Origin: Phycisphaerae bacterium
GTDB lineage: Bacteria; Planctomycetota; Phycisphaerae; UBA1845; Fen-1342
Assembly (NCBI GenBank): GCA_963675745.2
Contig: CAXXWX010000016.1
Span: 32,001 to 96,000 of the forward strand
Length of the DNA: 64,000 nucleotides
Direction of reading: 5' to 3'
Shown: positions 27,711 through 37,145 of the stretch, piece by piece
Position numbering within the stretch: the first letter of the stretch is position 1
Layout of the letters: every line of letters begins with the position of its first letter
Translations under genes and position numbers: made by a program
The notes under the pieces: generated by a model
The model's database searches: none
What the model saw: only the letters and a program-made list of their open reading frames with translations
What the model was told of the DNA's origin: nothing

Positions 27711-29051
27711 ATGAGTCAGCGTTGGGCAATCGTGGGCGGGGGCTTGATGGGCTTGACGCTCGCGTTGCGCCTGGCGCAGAACCGTCACAAGGTGACGCTC
27801 TTTGAAGCGGCGTCTGAAATCGGCGGACTGGCCGCGGCCTGGACGCTGGATGGAGTCACGTGGGACAAGCACTATCACGTGACATTGCTCTCGGACACCT
27901 GGACGCGCGCGATTCTGCGCGAGCTGGATCTCGATTCCCAGGTGCGCTGGGTGGAAACAAAGACGGCGTTCTTTGCCGATGGACGCCTGTCACCACTGTC
28001 AAACGCACTCGATTACCTGCGCCTGCCGGTGATGGGCACGATCAGCAAACTGCGCCTCGCGGCCACGATTATCCACGCTTCGCGCGTGCGCGGCTGGCAG
28101 CGCCTCGAACAGATGCCCGTGCGCGATTGGCTGCGTCGCTGGTCGGGAAGCCGTGCGTTTGACCGCCTGTGGCAACCGCTGCTCAAGGCCAAGCTGGGCG
28201 AGGAGTATCAGCGCGCCTCCGCCGCGTTCATCTGGGCCACGATTCAGCGGCTGTATGCCGCGCGGCGTACGGGGCTGAAGAAGGAAATGCTGGGCTATGT
28301 GCCGGGCGGCTACAGCACGACGTTGCAACGCTTTGCCGGGCGACTCAGCGCGCTTGGCGTGGACCTGCGCCTGGGGACGCCAGTTGACCGGATCGAGCGC
28401 GCCGGCATCCGCCTGCGCGTGGTCACGCCCGACGCAGATGAGAACTTCGATCGCGTGGTGGTGACCACCACGCCAGCGCTTGCGAGCCGAATGTGCGTTG
28501 ACCTCACACAACATGAGCGCCAGTGCCTGGCGTCCATCGACTATCAGGGCATCGTCTGCGCGGCGGTGCTGCTGGAGCGCCCGCTGGGCGACTGCTACCT
28601 GACGTATCTTGCTGAAGAGGGTCTGCCCATTACCGCCGTTGTCGACATGACGGCCCTGGCCGAGCCGGACCAGTTCGACGGATGTGGGTTGGTATACCTG
28701 CCGCGTTACTCGCACCACAGCGAACCGATCTTTGAGGAGTCCGACAAGGCGATAGAGAGCAGGTTTCTGGGAGCACTGGCACGCGTGTACCCGAGCTTTC
28801 AACGCGACCAGGTGCGCTGCTGCCGGATATCACGCGTCCGCGAGGTTTTCCCGATCCCCACCCTCGGTTACTCAACGCGCGTGCCCAGCCCATCGACCTC
28901 CATTCCGGGCCTGCATATCATCAATTCAGCGCACATCATCAACGGGACGCTCAATGTGAACGACACCGTCCGAGTCGCGGAGCGGGAGGCGCGTGTCTTG
29001 ATCGAGACGGATGGTCTGGCGACTGCACCTGCTACGGGGGCTGCCGGATGA
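27711..29051 (+). CDS. FAD-dependent oxidoreductase (HemY/amine-oxidase-like fold)
   Basis: AIVGGGLMGL..A..L....HKVTLFEA..EIGGLA dinucleotide-binding motif, DKHYH. Confidence 0.85.
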   Translation: MSQRWAIVGGGLMGLTLALRLAQNRHKVTLFEAASEIGGLAAAWTLDGVTWDKHYHVTLLSDTWTRAILRELDLDSQVRWVETKTAFFADGRLSPLSNALDYLRLPVMGTISKLRLAATIIHASRVRGWQRLEQMPVRDWLRRWSGSRAFDRLWQPLLKAKLGEEYQRASAAFIWATIQRLYAARRTGLKKEMLGYVPGGYSTTLQRFAGRLSALGVDLRLGTPVDRIERAGIRLRVVTPDADENFDRVVVTTTPALASRMCVDLTQHERQCLASIDYQGIVCAAVLLERPLGDCYLTYLAEEGLPITAVVDMTALAEPDQFDGCGLVYLPRYSHHSEPIFEESDKAIESRFLGALARVYPSFQRDQVRCCRISRVREVFPIPTLGYSTRVPSPSTSIPGLHIINSAHIINGTLNVNDTVRVAEREARVLIETDGLATAPATGAAG

Positions 29052-30067
29052 ACAAACCCCCCGCCAGCGTGTCGTTGGATCTGGACAACCTCTGGTCATA
29101 CCTGAAGACGCATGGCGACGCCGGTTGGCAGTCGTTTCCAAGCTATTTCGACACGCTCGCGCCGCACGTTCTGGACTGGTTGGCGCGGAACAAGCTACGT
29201 ATCACATTCTTTGTGGTCGGTCAGGATGCGGCCCTGGCCAGAAACCGTGAGGCGTTGCGCCGGATCGCCGACGCCGGCCACGAGATCGGCAACCACTCGT
29301 TTCATCACGAGCCGTGGTTGCACTTGCGCCCGCGCGCCGAGCTCAACGCGGAACTGGCCCGCGCCGAGGAAGCGATCGAGACGGCCACCAGCGCCCGCAC
29401 GAGCGTGTTTCGCGGGCCGGGTTACAGTTGCTCGAATGTCCTGCTCGACGTGCTCCAGCGGCGCGGCTATCGCTGTGACGCTTCCACCTTGCCAACCTGG
29501 ATGGGGCCGTTGGCCCGGCGTTACTATTTCATGCGCGCATCACTGACGCCGGAAGAACGCCGCGAGCGCGCGAGGTTGTTTGGCACGTTTGGGGATGGAC
29601 TGCGTCCCATTCGTCCGTATCACTGGACGATGCCGGCGGGCAAGTTGCTGGAAATCCCCGTGACGACGATGCCGCTGTGCCGAGTCCCCTTTCACGTGAG
29701 CTACGTGCTCTATCTGAGCACCTACTCGCCGCGGCTGGCGCGCACGTATTTCCGCACAGCGCTTGCCCTGTGCCGCTGTGCCGGTGTGGAACCCTCGCTC
29801 CTGCTGCACCCGCTGGACTTCCTGGGCGGCGATGAGATTTCCGAGTTGCGCTTCTTCCCCGCCATGAACTTACCGGGAGCTCTGAAGCGCGAACGTGTCG
29901 CGCGCTACATAGGCGACCTGGCGCGGCAATTCGAGATAGTTGATATGGGTACGCACGCCGAGCGTTTGGAGCAGCGCGGAAACCTCCGCTCGCGTCGGCC
30001 CAATCTGCCCGCGACGACCGGTTGGAAAAAGGCCGGTGGCGGGCGGCAATGTGTGGATGCCGGTTAG
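29048..30067 (+). CDS. polysaccharide deacetylase (CE4/NodB-like)
   Basis: SLDLDN, TFFVVG, HEIGNHSFHH, FRGPGY, LLHPLD. Confidence 0.88.
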   Translation: MNKPPASVSLDLDNLWSYLKTHGDAGWQSFPSYFDTLAPHVLDWLARNKLRITFFVVGQDAALARNREALRRIADAGHEIGNHSFHHEPWLHLRPRAELNAELARAEEAIETATSARTSVFRGPGYSCSNVLLDVLQRRGYRCDASTLPTWMGPLARRYYFMRASLTPEERRERARLFGTFGDGLRPIRPYHWTMPAGKLLEIPVTTMPLCRVPFHVSYVLYLSTYSPRLARTYFRTALALCRCAGVEPSLLLHPLDFLGGDEISELRFFPAMNLPGALKRERVARYIGDLARQFEIVDMGTHAERLEQRGNLRSRRPNLPATTGWKKAGGGRQCVDAG

Positions 30068-30096
30068 TGTACCGAGACCCGGAGCGGCTCTGGAGA

Positions 30097-31809
30097 ATGA
30101 GTGCCGATCAACACAACGCAAAGGGTCATACCCACCTGCTGACGATAGCGGTCGAGGACTACTTCCACGCGACCGCGGTCCGGCGCGCGCTCAAGAGCCA
30201 TCATCGCCGCCGGCTCGAAACCCGCCTCCAACGCAACCTTGAGCGGGCCTTTGCCCTGCTCGACGAGTTCGACATTCGGGCCACGTTTTTCGTACTCGGC
30301 TGTGTCGCGGAGAGCCATGCCGGCGCCGTGCGGGCGATCGCCGATGCGGGGCACGAGGTCGCGGCGCGCAGTTGGGACCATCGCTCGATTCATGACTTTG
30401 AGCCCACACACTTCCGCGCCGACGTTCGCCGCAGCCGGCAGGCACTTGAGCAGGCCGCGGGGGCCCCCGTGCGCGGCTATCGCATCGCCGAACGCCGCTT
30501 TCGCTCGGCCGATTACTGGGCGATGGATGTGCTGGCCGAGGAGGGTTTCACCTACGACTCCAGCATTTACCCGCGGTTTCAGGAGCTGCGTTGCGAACCC
30601 TGGCGCCGTTTTCCGCACTGCCATCGCTGCGACGGTCACGAGATCATCGAGTGTCCGCTCTCTTCCTGGGGGCCGAACTGGTTTCTTCTGCCGCTGGCGG
30701 GTGGCAACTCGATCCGGCAACTGCCGACGACGTTCGTGCGCCGCGCCGTCGCCGACTGGTCGGCACGCTATCCGCACCCCTTCAATATGTACTTCAACAT
30801 CTGGGAACTCGACCCGGACCTGCCACGCCTGGCCATCGGCGGCCTGATCACACGACTGCGCCAGTACCGCAACCTTCAGCGCATGCCGCACCTGCTGCGC
30901 TATTTCCTCAAGCGTTATGACTTCGAGCCGATCATCACCTACCTCGAGCGCTCAACCCTGTGCCGGACGCCGGGGGTGTGTGCGGAGCCGGACACCGCCG
31001 GCGCGACAGACTCAGCGCCGGCGGCGGCCCCCGAACCGATCATCGCACCGGCCCGATCACCGGTCCCGGCTGCGAACCTGGAGTCGTTTTCGGTGGTGAT
31101 ACCTTGCTATAACGAGGAGGCCGTGCTCTCGTACACGCAGAGGGCTCTCGCTGAGCTGGCCGAGATCCTCGAGCCGCGCCCAATCCAGTACATCTTTGTC
31201 GACGACGGCAGCGACGATGGGACGCAAGCGCTCCTGTACTACCTCTTCGGCGGCCGCAAGGACTGCACCATCATCGAGCACACCACCAACCGGGGCGTCA
31301 CGGCGGCGATTATGACCGGCATGCACGCCGCGCAAACCGATGTCGTCGGCTCGATGGACTGCGACTGCACCTATGACACGCGGGTGTTTGCGCGGCTGCT
31401 CCCCATGTTGGCGGATGATGTCGCCATGGTCACCTGTTCCCCTTATCACCCCGATGGTGAAGTCCACAACGTTCCGGGCTGGCGGCTGTTCCTTTCCAAA
31501 ACTCTATCGCGCGCCTATCGACTGCTGCTGCGCAACAAGCTGCACACATTCACCAGTTGCTGCCGCGTGTACCGCAAGTCGGCCCTGAATGGATTGCAGA
31601 TCAGGGCCGGCGGCTTCCTCGGGATGGCCGAGATGGTCGCCGCGCTAGATCGCAACGGCGCGGTGATCCGTGAGTGCCCGGCCGTGCTCGAATCGCGCAT
31701 TCTGGGGACGTCAAAGATGCGCACGTTGCGCACGATTTTCGCGCACATCGGATTGCTGGCGCGCCTGACCGGCAAGCGGCTCATCCGACCCTTCAGACGC
31801 GCCCAGTGA
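30097..31809 (+). CDS. DUF3473-type polysaccharide deacetylase fused to a GT2 glycosyltransferase
   Basis: N-terminal TIAVEDYFH, ATFFVLG, YDSS, WELDPD; C-terminal VIPCYNEE, VDDGSDDGT, MDCDCTYD. Confidence 0.88.
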   Translation: MSADQHNAKGHTHLLTIAVEDYFHATAVRRALKSHHRRRLETRLQRNLERAFALLDEFDIRATFFVLGCVAESHAGAVRAIADAGHEVAARSWDHRSIHDFEPTHFRADVRRSRQALEQAAGAPVRGYRIAERRFRSADYWAMDVLAEEGFTYDSSIYPRFQELRCEPWRRFPHCHRCDGHEIIECPLSSWGPNWFLLPLAGGNSIRQLPTTFVRRAVADWSARYPHPFNMYFNIWELDPDLPRLAIGGLITRLRQYRNLQRMPHLLRYFLKRYDFEPIITYLERSTLCRTPGVCAEPDTAGATDSAPAAAPEPIIAPARSPVPAANLESFSVVIPCYNEEAVLSYTQRALAELAEILEPRPIQYIFVDDGSDDGTQALLYYLFGGRKDCTIIEHTTNRGVTAAIMTGMHAAQTDVVGSMDCDCTYDTRVFARLLPMLADDVAMVTCSPYHPDGEVHNVPGWRLFLSKTLSRAYRLLLRNKLHTFTSCCRVYRKSALNGLQIRAGGFLGMAEMVAALDRNGAVIRECPAVLESRILGTSKMRTLRTIFAHIGLLARLTGKRLIRPFRRAQ

Positions 31810-31838
31810 CGGTGAGCGGGCGGCCGCAACGCTTGCAG

Positions 31839-33443
31839 TCAGGAAGGTGCCGTAGTTGCCGTGGGGGAACCGACATATCGATAAAGATAACGCGGCCAGC
31901 GGTGATCGTAGCGGCAGGGCAATCCGCGCAAGGCGCGAAACCGGTCGCCGAAGTCTTGCTGTAGCTCGTAGCGGCTTTCAAGAAATTCCAGGAAATGTCG
32001 CCGCTCAGCCAGCGGTCGGTTCGTCAGAATGTACGCCGTACCGGCAGGCGCGACGGCGGGCGCGACAAGTGCGCGCACGGCGGGTTGATCGCGTGTTTCG
32101 CGCCCCGGCCCGCGCACCAGATCCTCCAACGCGACCCAGTGAGCCGCCGGGTGGAACGCGAAGCCGTCGGGCAATTGGCCCAATCCCGGGGCGAACACCG
32201 GCCCGTCGAGCGATCGTAGCAGGTCGATCAGATCGGCGTGCGCCTCACGCGCCGCGCTGGGCATGATGACCCGGCGCGGATCGTAGCTTATCAGCGGATT
32301 CCATGCCATCAGCGCGAAGCTGCCCGCCAGCGCGACAGCGTGCAGCTTGTAGCGGCGCACGCGCGCGGAAACACGCCACCACGCCGCCAAGCCGATCGTA
32401 CCCATGAGGATGATGAGCGTCCCCATCGGTATGAACACGTTGAAAGAGCAGCCCGGGTCGAGCGCGCCCATCGTGCCGGTCAACAGCGCCATCGCAAACT
32501 GGTAGTGCCAGATCGTCAGTCGCTGGTGCGCACGGCGCAACGCGGCGATCGTTGTCAGCACCGCCGCCACCGCCAAAAACGGGTAATTGAGCGCTATGAA
32601 CCCCACCAGCACCTTTACCGTGGCCAGGTCCAGCGTCCCCCAGCGGCGCGGCACTTCCCAAGTGAAGTAGAGGAAACGCTCGCCGAACAGAGGTTTTCCG
32701 CCGAACAGGTACAGCGCCGGCCCAAGCAGTAGAAACACGACCCACGGCAAGATTGAGTACTTCCAGCCGTCTCGTGAGGTGACATAAGCCAGGCCGCCGA
32801 GCGCGAACAGCGCGCCGTGCTGCTTGAACCAGAACGATGCCACCAGCAGCGCGATGCCAAGCACGGTCAAGATGACGTGCCGGTTGCGATCTATCAGATG
32901 CGTGCCCAGCAGGGCGCTGGCGAGCATGCAGGCATCCGCGTGTGCCGTGTCGAGGTAGGCATCCATGACGCGGTAGGCGGCCGCGAACAGGCCGGTCGCC
33001 ACCAGCCCCCACCACGCCGACTTCGTGTGACGTCTCACGGCCGCAAACAGAACGCCGGCGGCCACCACAGCGCCCAGCACGGACACCAGTCGCAGCGTGG
33101 CCAGGCTCTGACCAAAGACCCACGAGAACGGCACCGCAACGTAGTAGTAAAGCGGGTTGTAAGCCAGTGGTACGTACTCGGGAGTTGGCTCAGGGTAGAC
33201 AGGCGCAAACGCCGCCGCACGCTGAAAGTGCTGGAAAACCACGCCTTCCATCAGATCGAGAAAAAGGGGGAATCTGATGTGGTTGATGAAAAGCAATGCC
33301 AGAAAGAGCATGTGGGCGACGGCGTAGATGCCGAGCACCCAGCGTGCGGCACGCTCGTACCCGTCCTGGCCGTCGATTTCACGCACTTCCGAGCACATCA
33401 CTATCCCCGTCGCCGTTGGACGATTTGATTTTAGGGCATCCAT
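31839..33443 (-). CDS. GT-C fold (ArnT/PMT-like) membrane glycosyltransferase
   Basis: Multi-TM; DLMEG loop, YNPLYY, LRLVS, FKQ motif. Confidence 0.75.
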   Translation of the reverse strand: MDALKSNRPTATGIVMCSEVREIDGQDGYERAARWVLGIYAVAHMLFLALLFINHIRFPLFLDLMEGVVFQHFQRAAAFAPVYPEPTPEYVPLAYNPLYYYVAVPFSWVFGQSLATLRLVSVLGAVVAAGVLFAAVRRHTKSAWWGLVATGLFAAAYRVMDAYLDTAHADACMLASALLGTHLIDRNRHVILTVLGIALLVASFWFKQHGALFALGGLAYVTSRDGWKYSILPWVVFLLLGPALYLFGGKPLFGERFLYFTWEVPRRWGTLDLATVKVLVGFIALNYPFLAVAAVLTTIAALRRAHQRLTIWHYQFAMALLTGTMGALDPGCSFNVFIPMGTLIILMGTIGLAAWWRVSARVRRYKLHAVALAGSFALMAWNPLISYDPRRVIMPSAAREAHADLIDLLRSLDGPVFAPGLGQLPDGFAFHPAAHWVALEDLVRGPGRETRDQPAVRALVAPAVAPAGTAYILTNRPLAERRHFLEFLESRYELQQDFGDRFRALRGLPCRYDHRWPRYLYRYVGSPTATTAPS

Positions 33444-35698
33444 GCGGCGATGTGCTCCGCCAGATCCTCCGCCACCGCCTGATGCCCGATGGCGGTCCAG
33501 TGCATATTGTGACGCTGGTAAGGGCAGCCCTCCGTCACCGCGCGGAGCACCGGGCGCAAATCGTAGCACGTGATTCCCCAGGACTCGGCGATCTCACGTG
33601 TAATTCGCTGCGGTCGCTCAAGGTCAAAGCACTCCGCGTCGGACAGGTCCACGTGTTGCGGGAAGTACGCGAGATCGTCCGGCTGACAGACCTGGACCGG
33701 CGCCGGGATCAAGACTAGCACGACACGCGCACCAATATCGTCCGCCGTGGCCCAAATCTCCCCGACGCGCTCGCTCACCAATGCCCGCGCCGGGTCGGGC
33801 TCCGTCGCCTTACGGCGTTCGAGGGCTTTGAAGTTGCCCAGGAAATAGCCGTGCTCGTCGGGAATCCCGCGCAGGAATTCATCGCGCATGCGGTGTGCCT
33901 GCAAGCCGAGCCAGCTACGTGTGTTTGCCGCCGTAAACAGTGAGAACCACCCGTCTGGCGCCCGGCGGCCGAATCCGATCGAGCGGCGGAACCAGTCATC
34001 GCTGCGCAGCACGTCTTCGTATTCGTTCACAAAGAATCCGACGAGGATCAGATCGGGCCGGTACTTCGGCGCGAAGTGGCGAACCACGGCGGCGTATTGA
34101 TTGGGCCCATAGCCGGTAATCGCGAAGTTGAGCACTTCAACCGGCTGGTTCGGATGAAGCGCCGCCAGCTTGCTCTCCAGGACGCGCGGCCAGGCCCCGT
34201 TTGTGTCGACACCCTCGGCGCTGGTAAAGGCGTCGCCGACGGTCAGGATTCGCCATGTCCCCGGCGTTTTCTCCTCGACGTACTGCGGCCCGGGGAAACC
34301 CAAGGCATTAGCCGACACGACATAGTCATAGCTCTGCCACCGCAACCGGGTTTCGCGCGATGGCTTGAGCCGCCAGCCGAAGACGTCATGCGGTTCCAGT
34401 GATGGCCGCTCACCCCAACCGAAGACCTCCTGGGGATTAACGCCGCGCACGTACAGTTCGGTGACCAATATCGCGGATACGCCGAGAGCCAAGACGCCGG
34501 CCGCCGCCAAGCCGCTGCGTGCCCACCCGATCCGCCGGGCCCAGCGCAGCAGCAGCGCCGGGATAGCGGCAACCCATTCGAGCATAACCGCTGCCAACAG
34601 CGTCAGCCCGATTGCCAGCATCGTGCGCGCAAACGTACGGCCGGTCGGCGGCGCGCCGTCCGGGACGAGCAGCGCGATCACCGGCCCGTGTACCAGGTAC
34701 AGCGAATAGGAGTGTCGCCCCAGCCAGCGCCACGCTTGCGCGACGATACGTGGCCCTTCGCCGCAAGCGATGATCAGACGCCACAAGATCACAAACGCGC
34801 CGGCCCCGAGCAGGAAAGGCGCTACTGACATGCCCAGCAGCGTCAGTGAAAGCACCGCTCCGAGCACATATGAAGCTATCGCCAGCAGAACAAAGGCGCG
34901 CCGTGGTGCGCGACCGGTCTGTCCGGGGCTGCCGTGCAACCATCCGGCGATCGCCATGCCCAAGGCGAATTCGGGCAGGCGCGTGATGAATATCGCCCCG
35001 CGTTGCCACGCATCGACGTAGTCGTCGAGCATTACCAGCCCGGCGCCACGGGCGGCGAAGCTCACTGCGCAGGCCACGATCAGCAAGCCCCCCGGACCGA
35101 GCCGCCGCAGGCCCCACCAGAGCACCGGAAAGACCAGATACAACTGGAGCAGCAGGCCGATGAACCACCACGCCGGGCTGATCGCGTAAAACAACTCCCC
35201 GGTGACCCGCACACCGAGGGCACTGAGCGCCAGCGTGGGAATCGAGAAGTCGCCGAATCCAACCAACAGAGCCAATCCGCCGATAAGGACATGAGCGGCG
35301 ATCCATGGAGGGTAAATCCGCGCAGCGCGGCGAATGTAGAAGGTCGCCGGCGACAGCGTTGTCGTCCGGCGTGACAAGAGGCTCCAGGTCAGCCCGAAGC
35401 CGCTGGCGATCAGAAACAACTGGACACCCTGATCACCGGACCAGCCCACGTAACGCAGGACGTTCAGCGGGGCTGACCACAGGCCGAATCCACCGAGCGG
35501 GCACAATTGCGCCAGACGCTGATCCAGCGGCGGCCAGTCGCCGGTCGGGTTGGCAATCAGCGGCGTGCCGAAAACCGCTTCGGTGACATGGTTGAGGAAG
35601 ATCCAGACCAGCGCGATCGCCTTTACGCGGTCGAGCCAGAACAGGTTGGCGGCTGAATCGGCCGGGCGTCGCGATATGGCGCTGTCGGCTGTTGCCAT
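33431..35698 (-). CDS. acyltransferase family 3 fused to SGNH domain
   Basis: WLDRVKAIALVWIFLNH, GVQLFLIASGF, FYIRRAARIYP, SYSLYLVH; then GDAFT, NFAITGYG, MHW...GH. Confidence 0.87.
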   Translation of the reverse strand: MATADSAISRRPADSAANLFWLDRVKAIALVWIFLNHVTEAVFGTPLIANPTGDWPPLDQRLAQLCPLGGFGLWSAPLNVLRYVGWSGDQGVQLFLIASGFGLTWSLLSRRTTTLSPATFYIRRAARIYPPWIAAHVLIGGLALLVGFGDFSIPTLALSALGVRVTGELFYAISPAWWFIGLLLQLYLVFPVLWWGLRRLGPGGLLIVACAVSFAARGAGLVMLDDYVDAWQRGAIFITRLPEFALGMAIAGWLHGSPGQTGRAPRRAFVLLAIASYVLGAVLSLTLLGMSVAPFLLGAGAFVILWRLIIACGEGPRIVAQAWRWLGRHSYSLYLVHGPVIALLVPDGAPPTGRTFARTMLAIGLTLLAAVMLEWVAAIPALLLRWARRIGWARSGLAAAGVLALGVSAILVTELYVRGVNPQEVFGWGERPSLEPHDVFGWRLKPSRETRLRWQSYDYVVSANALGFPGPQYVEEKTPGTWRILTVGDAFTSAEGVDTNGAWPRVLESKLAALHPNQPVEVLNFAITGYGPNQYAAVVRHFAPKYRPDLILVGFFVNEYEDVLRSDDWFRRSIGFGRRAPDGWFSLFTAANTRSWLGLQAHRMRDEFLRGIPDEHGYFLGNFKALERRKATEPDPARALVSERVGEIWATADDIGARVVLVLIPAPVQVCQPDDLAYFPQHVDLSDAECFDLERPQRITREIAESWGITCYDLRPVLRAVTEGCPYQRHNMHWTAIGHQAVAEDLAEHIAAWMP

Positions 35699-35876
35699 GA
35701 TCCGCCTCGCTGGATATTAACGGCGCCTAGCCGGACAACCTGGGAACCCGATTCAATGCGGGGGACCAACCCTTCAGTTGCGGGAGATCGACTCTAACTT
35801 GTGGAGGACCGACCTCCGGTCGGTCATGCAACAGGCCAGAGCCATGGTAAGCATCAGTCCAACCAAAGCGCGACCG

Positions 35877-37145
35877 ATGAGCCACCACCTGCGCATTCTA
35901 CTGCCACTGCTCGCCTGTGCCCTTATCGTCCGCCTGGCGTTTTGCTTCTTCCTGGCCGCCAGGCTGAACCTCGAGGTCGGACCGCACGCGGTTGACTTCT
36001 ATGAGCTGACTGATGGTTATATCGACGTGGCGGTCAACGTTGTCGAGCATGGTACTTTCGCGTTTCGGCCCGACGCGCGTCCGACAACATACCGCGCGCC
36101 GCTATATCCGCTCGTGCTGGCGGCGGCCTACGCCGTCTGGCGGGATATCGCGCCGGTAACACTGCTGGTCAACTGCCTGGCCTCTACGCTGACGATTGCG
36201 GTGATCTACCTGGCAGCGCTGCGCCTGCTCGGCGGGCGCATGCACTGGGCCGTGATGTTGCCGGCGACGTTCTTCCCACTGTCGATTTACTACTGCGCCA
36301 GCAGCTACTCCGACTCGCTCGTCGCGCTGACGACCGCCTGCTACTTCCTGAGCATCGTGTGGCTGTTCGATTGCCCGACCTGGCGCACGGGCGTTGTGAG
36401 CGGTTTCGCATTCGCCGCCGCCGCCCTTACCAAAAGCGTGATCCTGCCGCTACCGGTGATTCTGCTTGGCTATGCCATCGTCAGGGCGCGCCGGGCAATG
36501 CCCATGACCGCACTCGCGCTGGCCGTGGGCCTGGGCGTCATCAGTCTGTGGACGGTGCGCAATTACTGCGTGTCGGGAGCACCAATCCCCGTCTCGGGCG
36601 GTGCGGGGTTCAACATGCTCGTGGGCGGCTACATGGTCGAAAAAGGACCAGATCCCGGTACCAGCTACGTCTACGGCGAGCTCCGGGCCATCGAGCGCGT
36701 CAATCACGACGAGGCGTGGTCACTCGATCGGCAGGCGCTTCGCACCGGGCCTCATCTGGACCTGGATTCGGCGACTGATCGCGCCTTCGGCCGCGCTGCA
36801 TTGCGGGTCATACGGGAAAGCCCGCTGGGGTTGGTGAAGAAAGTCGGGGTGAATGCGCTGCGCTTCTGGATGTTTTCGTCATCGCGTGCCAAAACCGCCG
36901 TAAACGCGGCCATCAACCTGACTGTGCTCGGTTTGAGTCTGCTGATGCTGCGCAGGTTGTGGCGGACGCGGCCATTGGCGTGTGAGCTGCTGCTGGTCTT
37001 TGTCGTGTATTTCGCAGCCGTCTACAGCATCGTTATCGTTCACTCGTGTCGTTTCAGTATGCCGATTGTAATGCTGTTGACGCCGCTCGCGGCGGCATAT
37101 GTGATGCGCGGAGATCGACGACTTGGCACACCCGCCGACATCTGA
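35877..37145 (+). CDS. GT-C fold (ArnT/PMT-like) membrane glycosyltransferase
   Basis: DGYIDVAVN, YRAPLYPLVLA, SDSL, LTK, WTVRNY. Confidence 0.8.
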   Translation: MSHHLRILLPLLACALIVRLAFCFFLAARLNLEVGPHAVDFYELTDGYIDVAVNVVEHGTFAFRPDARPTTYRAPLYPLVLAAAYAVWRDIAPVTLLVNCLASTLTIAVIYLAALRLLGGRMHWAVMLPATFFPLSIYYCASSYSDSLVALTTACYFLSIVWLFDCPTWRTGVVSGFAFAAAALTKSVILPLPVILLGYAIVRARRAMPMTALALAVGLGVISLWTVRNYCVSGAPIPVSGGAGFNMLVGGYMVEKGPDPGTSYVYGELRAIERVNHDEAWSLDRQALRTGPHLDLDSATDRAFGRAALRVIRESPLGLVKKVGVNALRFWMFSSSRAKTAVNAAINLTVLGLSLLMLRRLWRTRPLACELLLVFVVYFAAVYSIVIVHSCRFSMPIVMLLTPLAAAYVMRGDRRLGTPADI

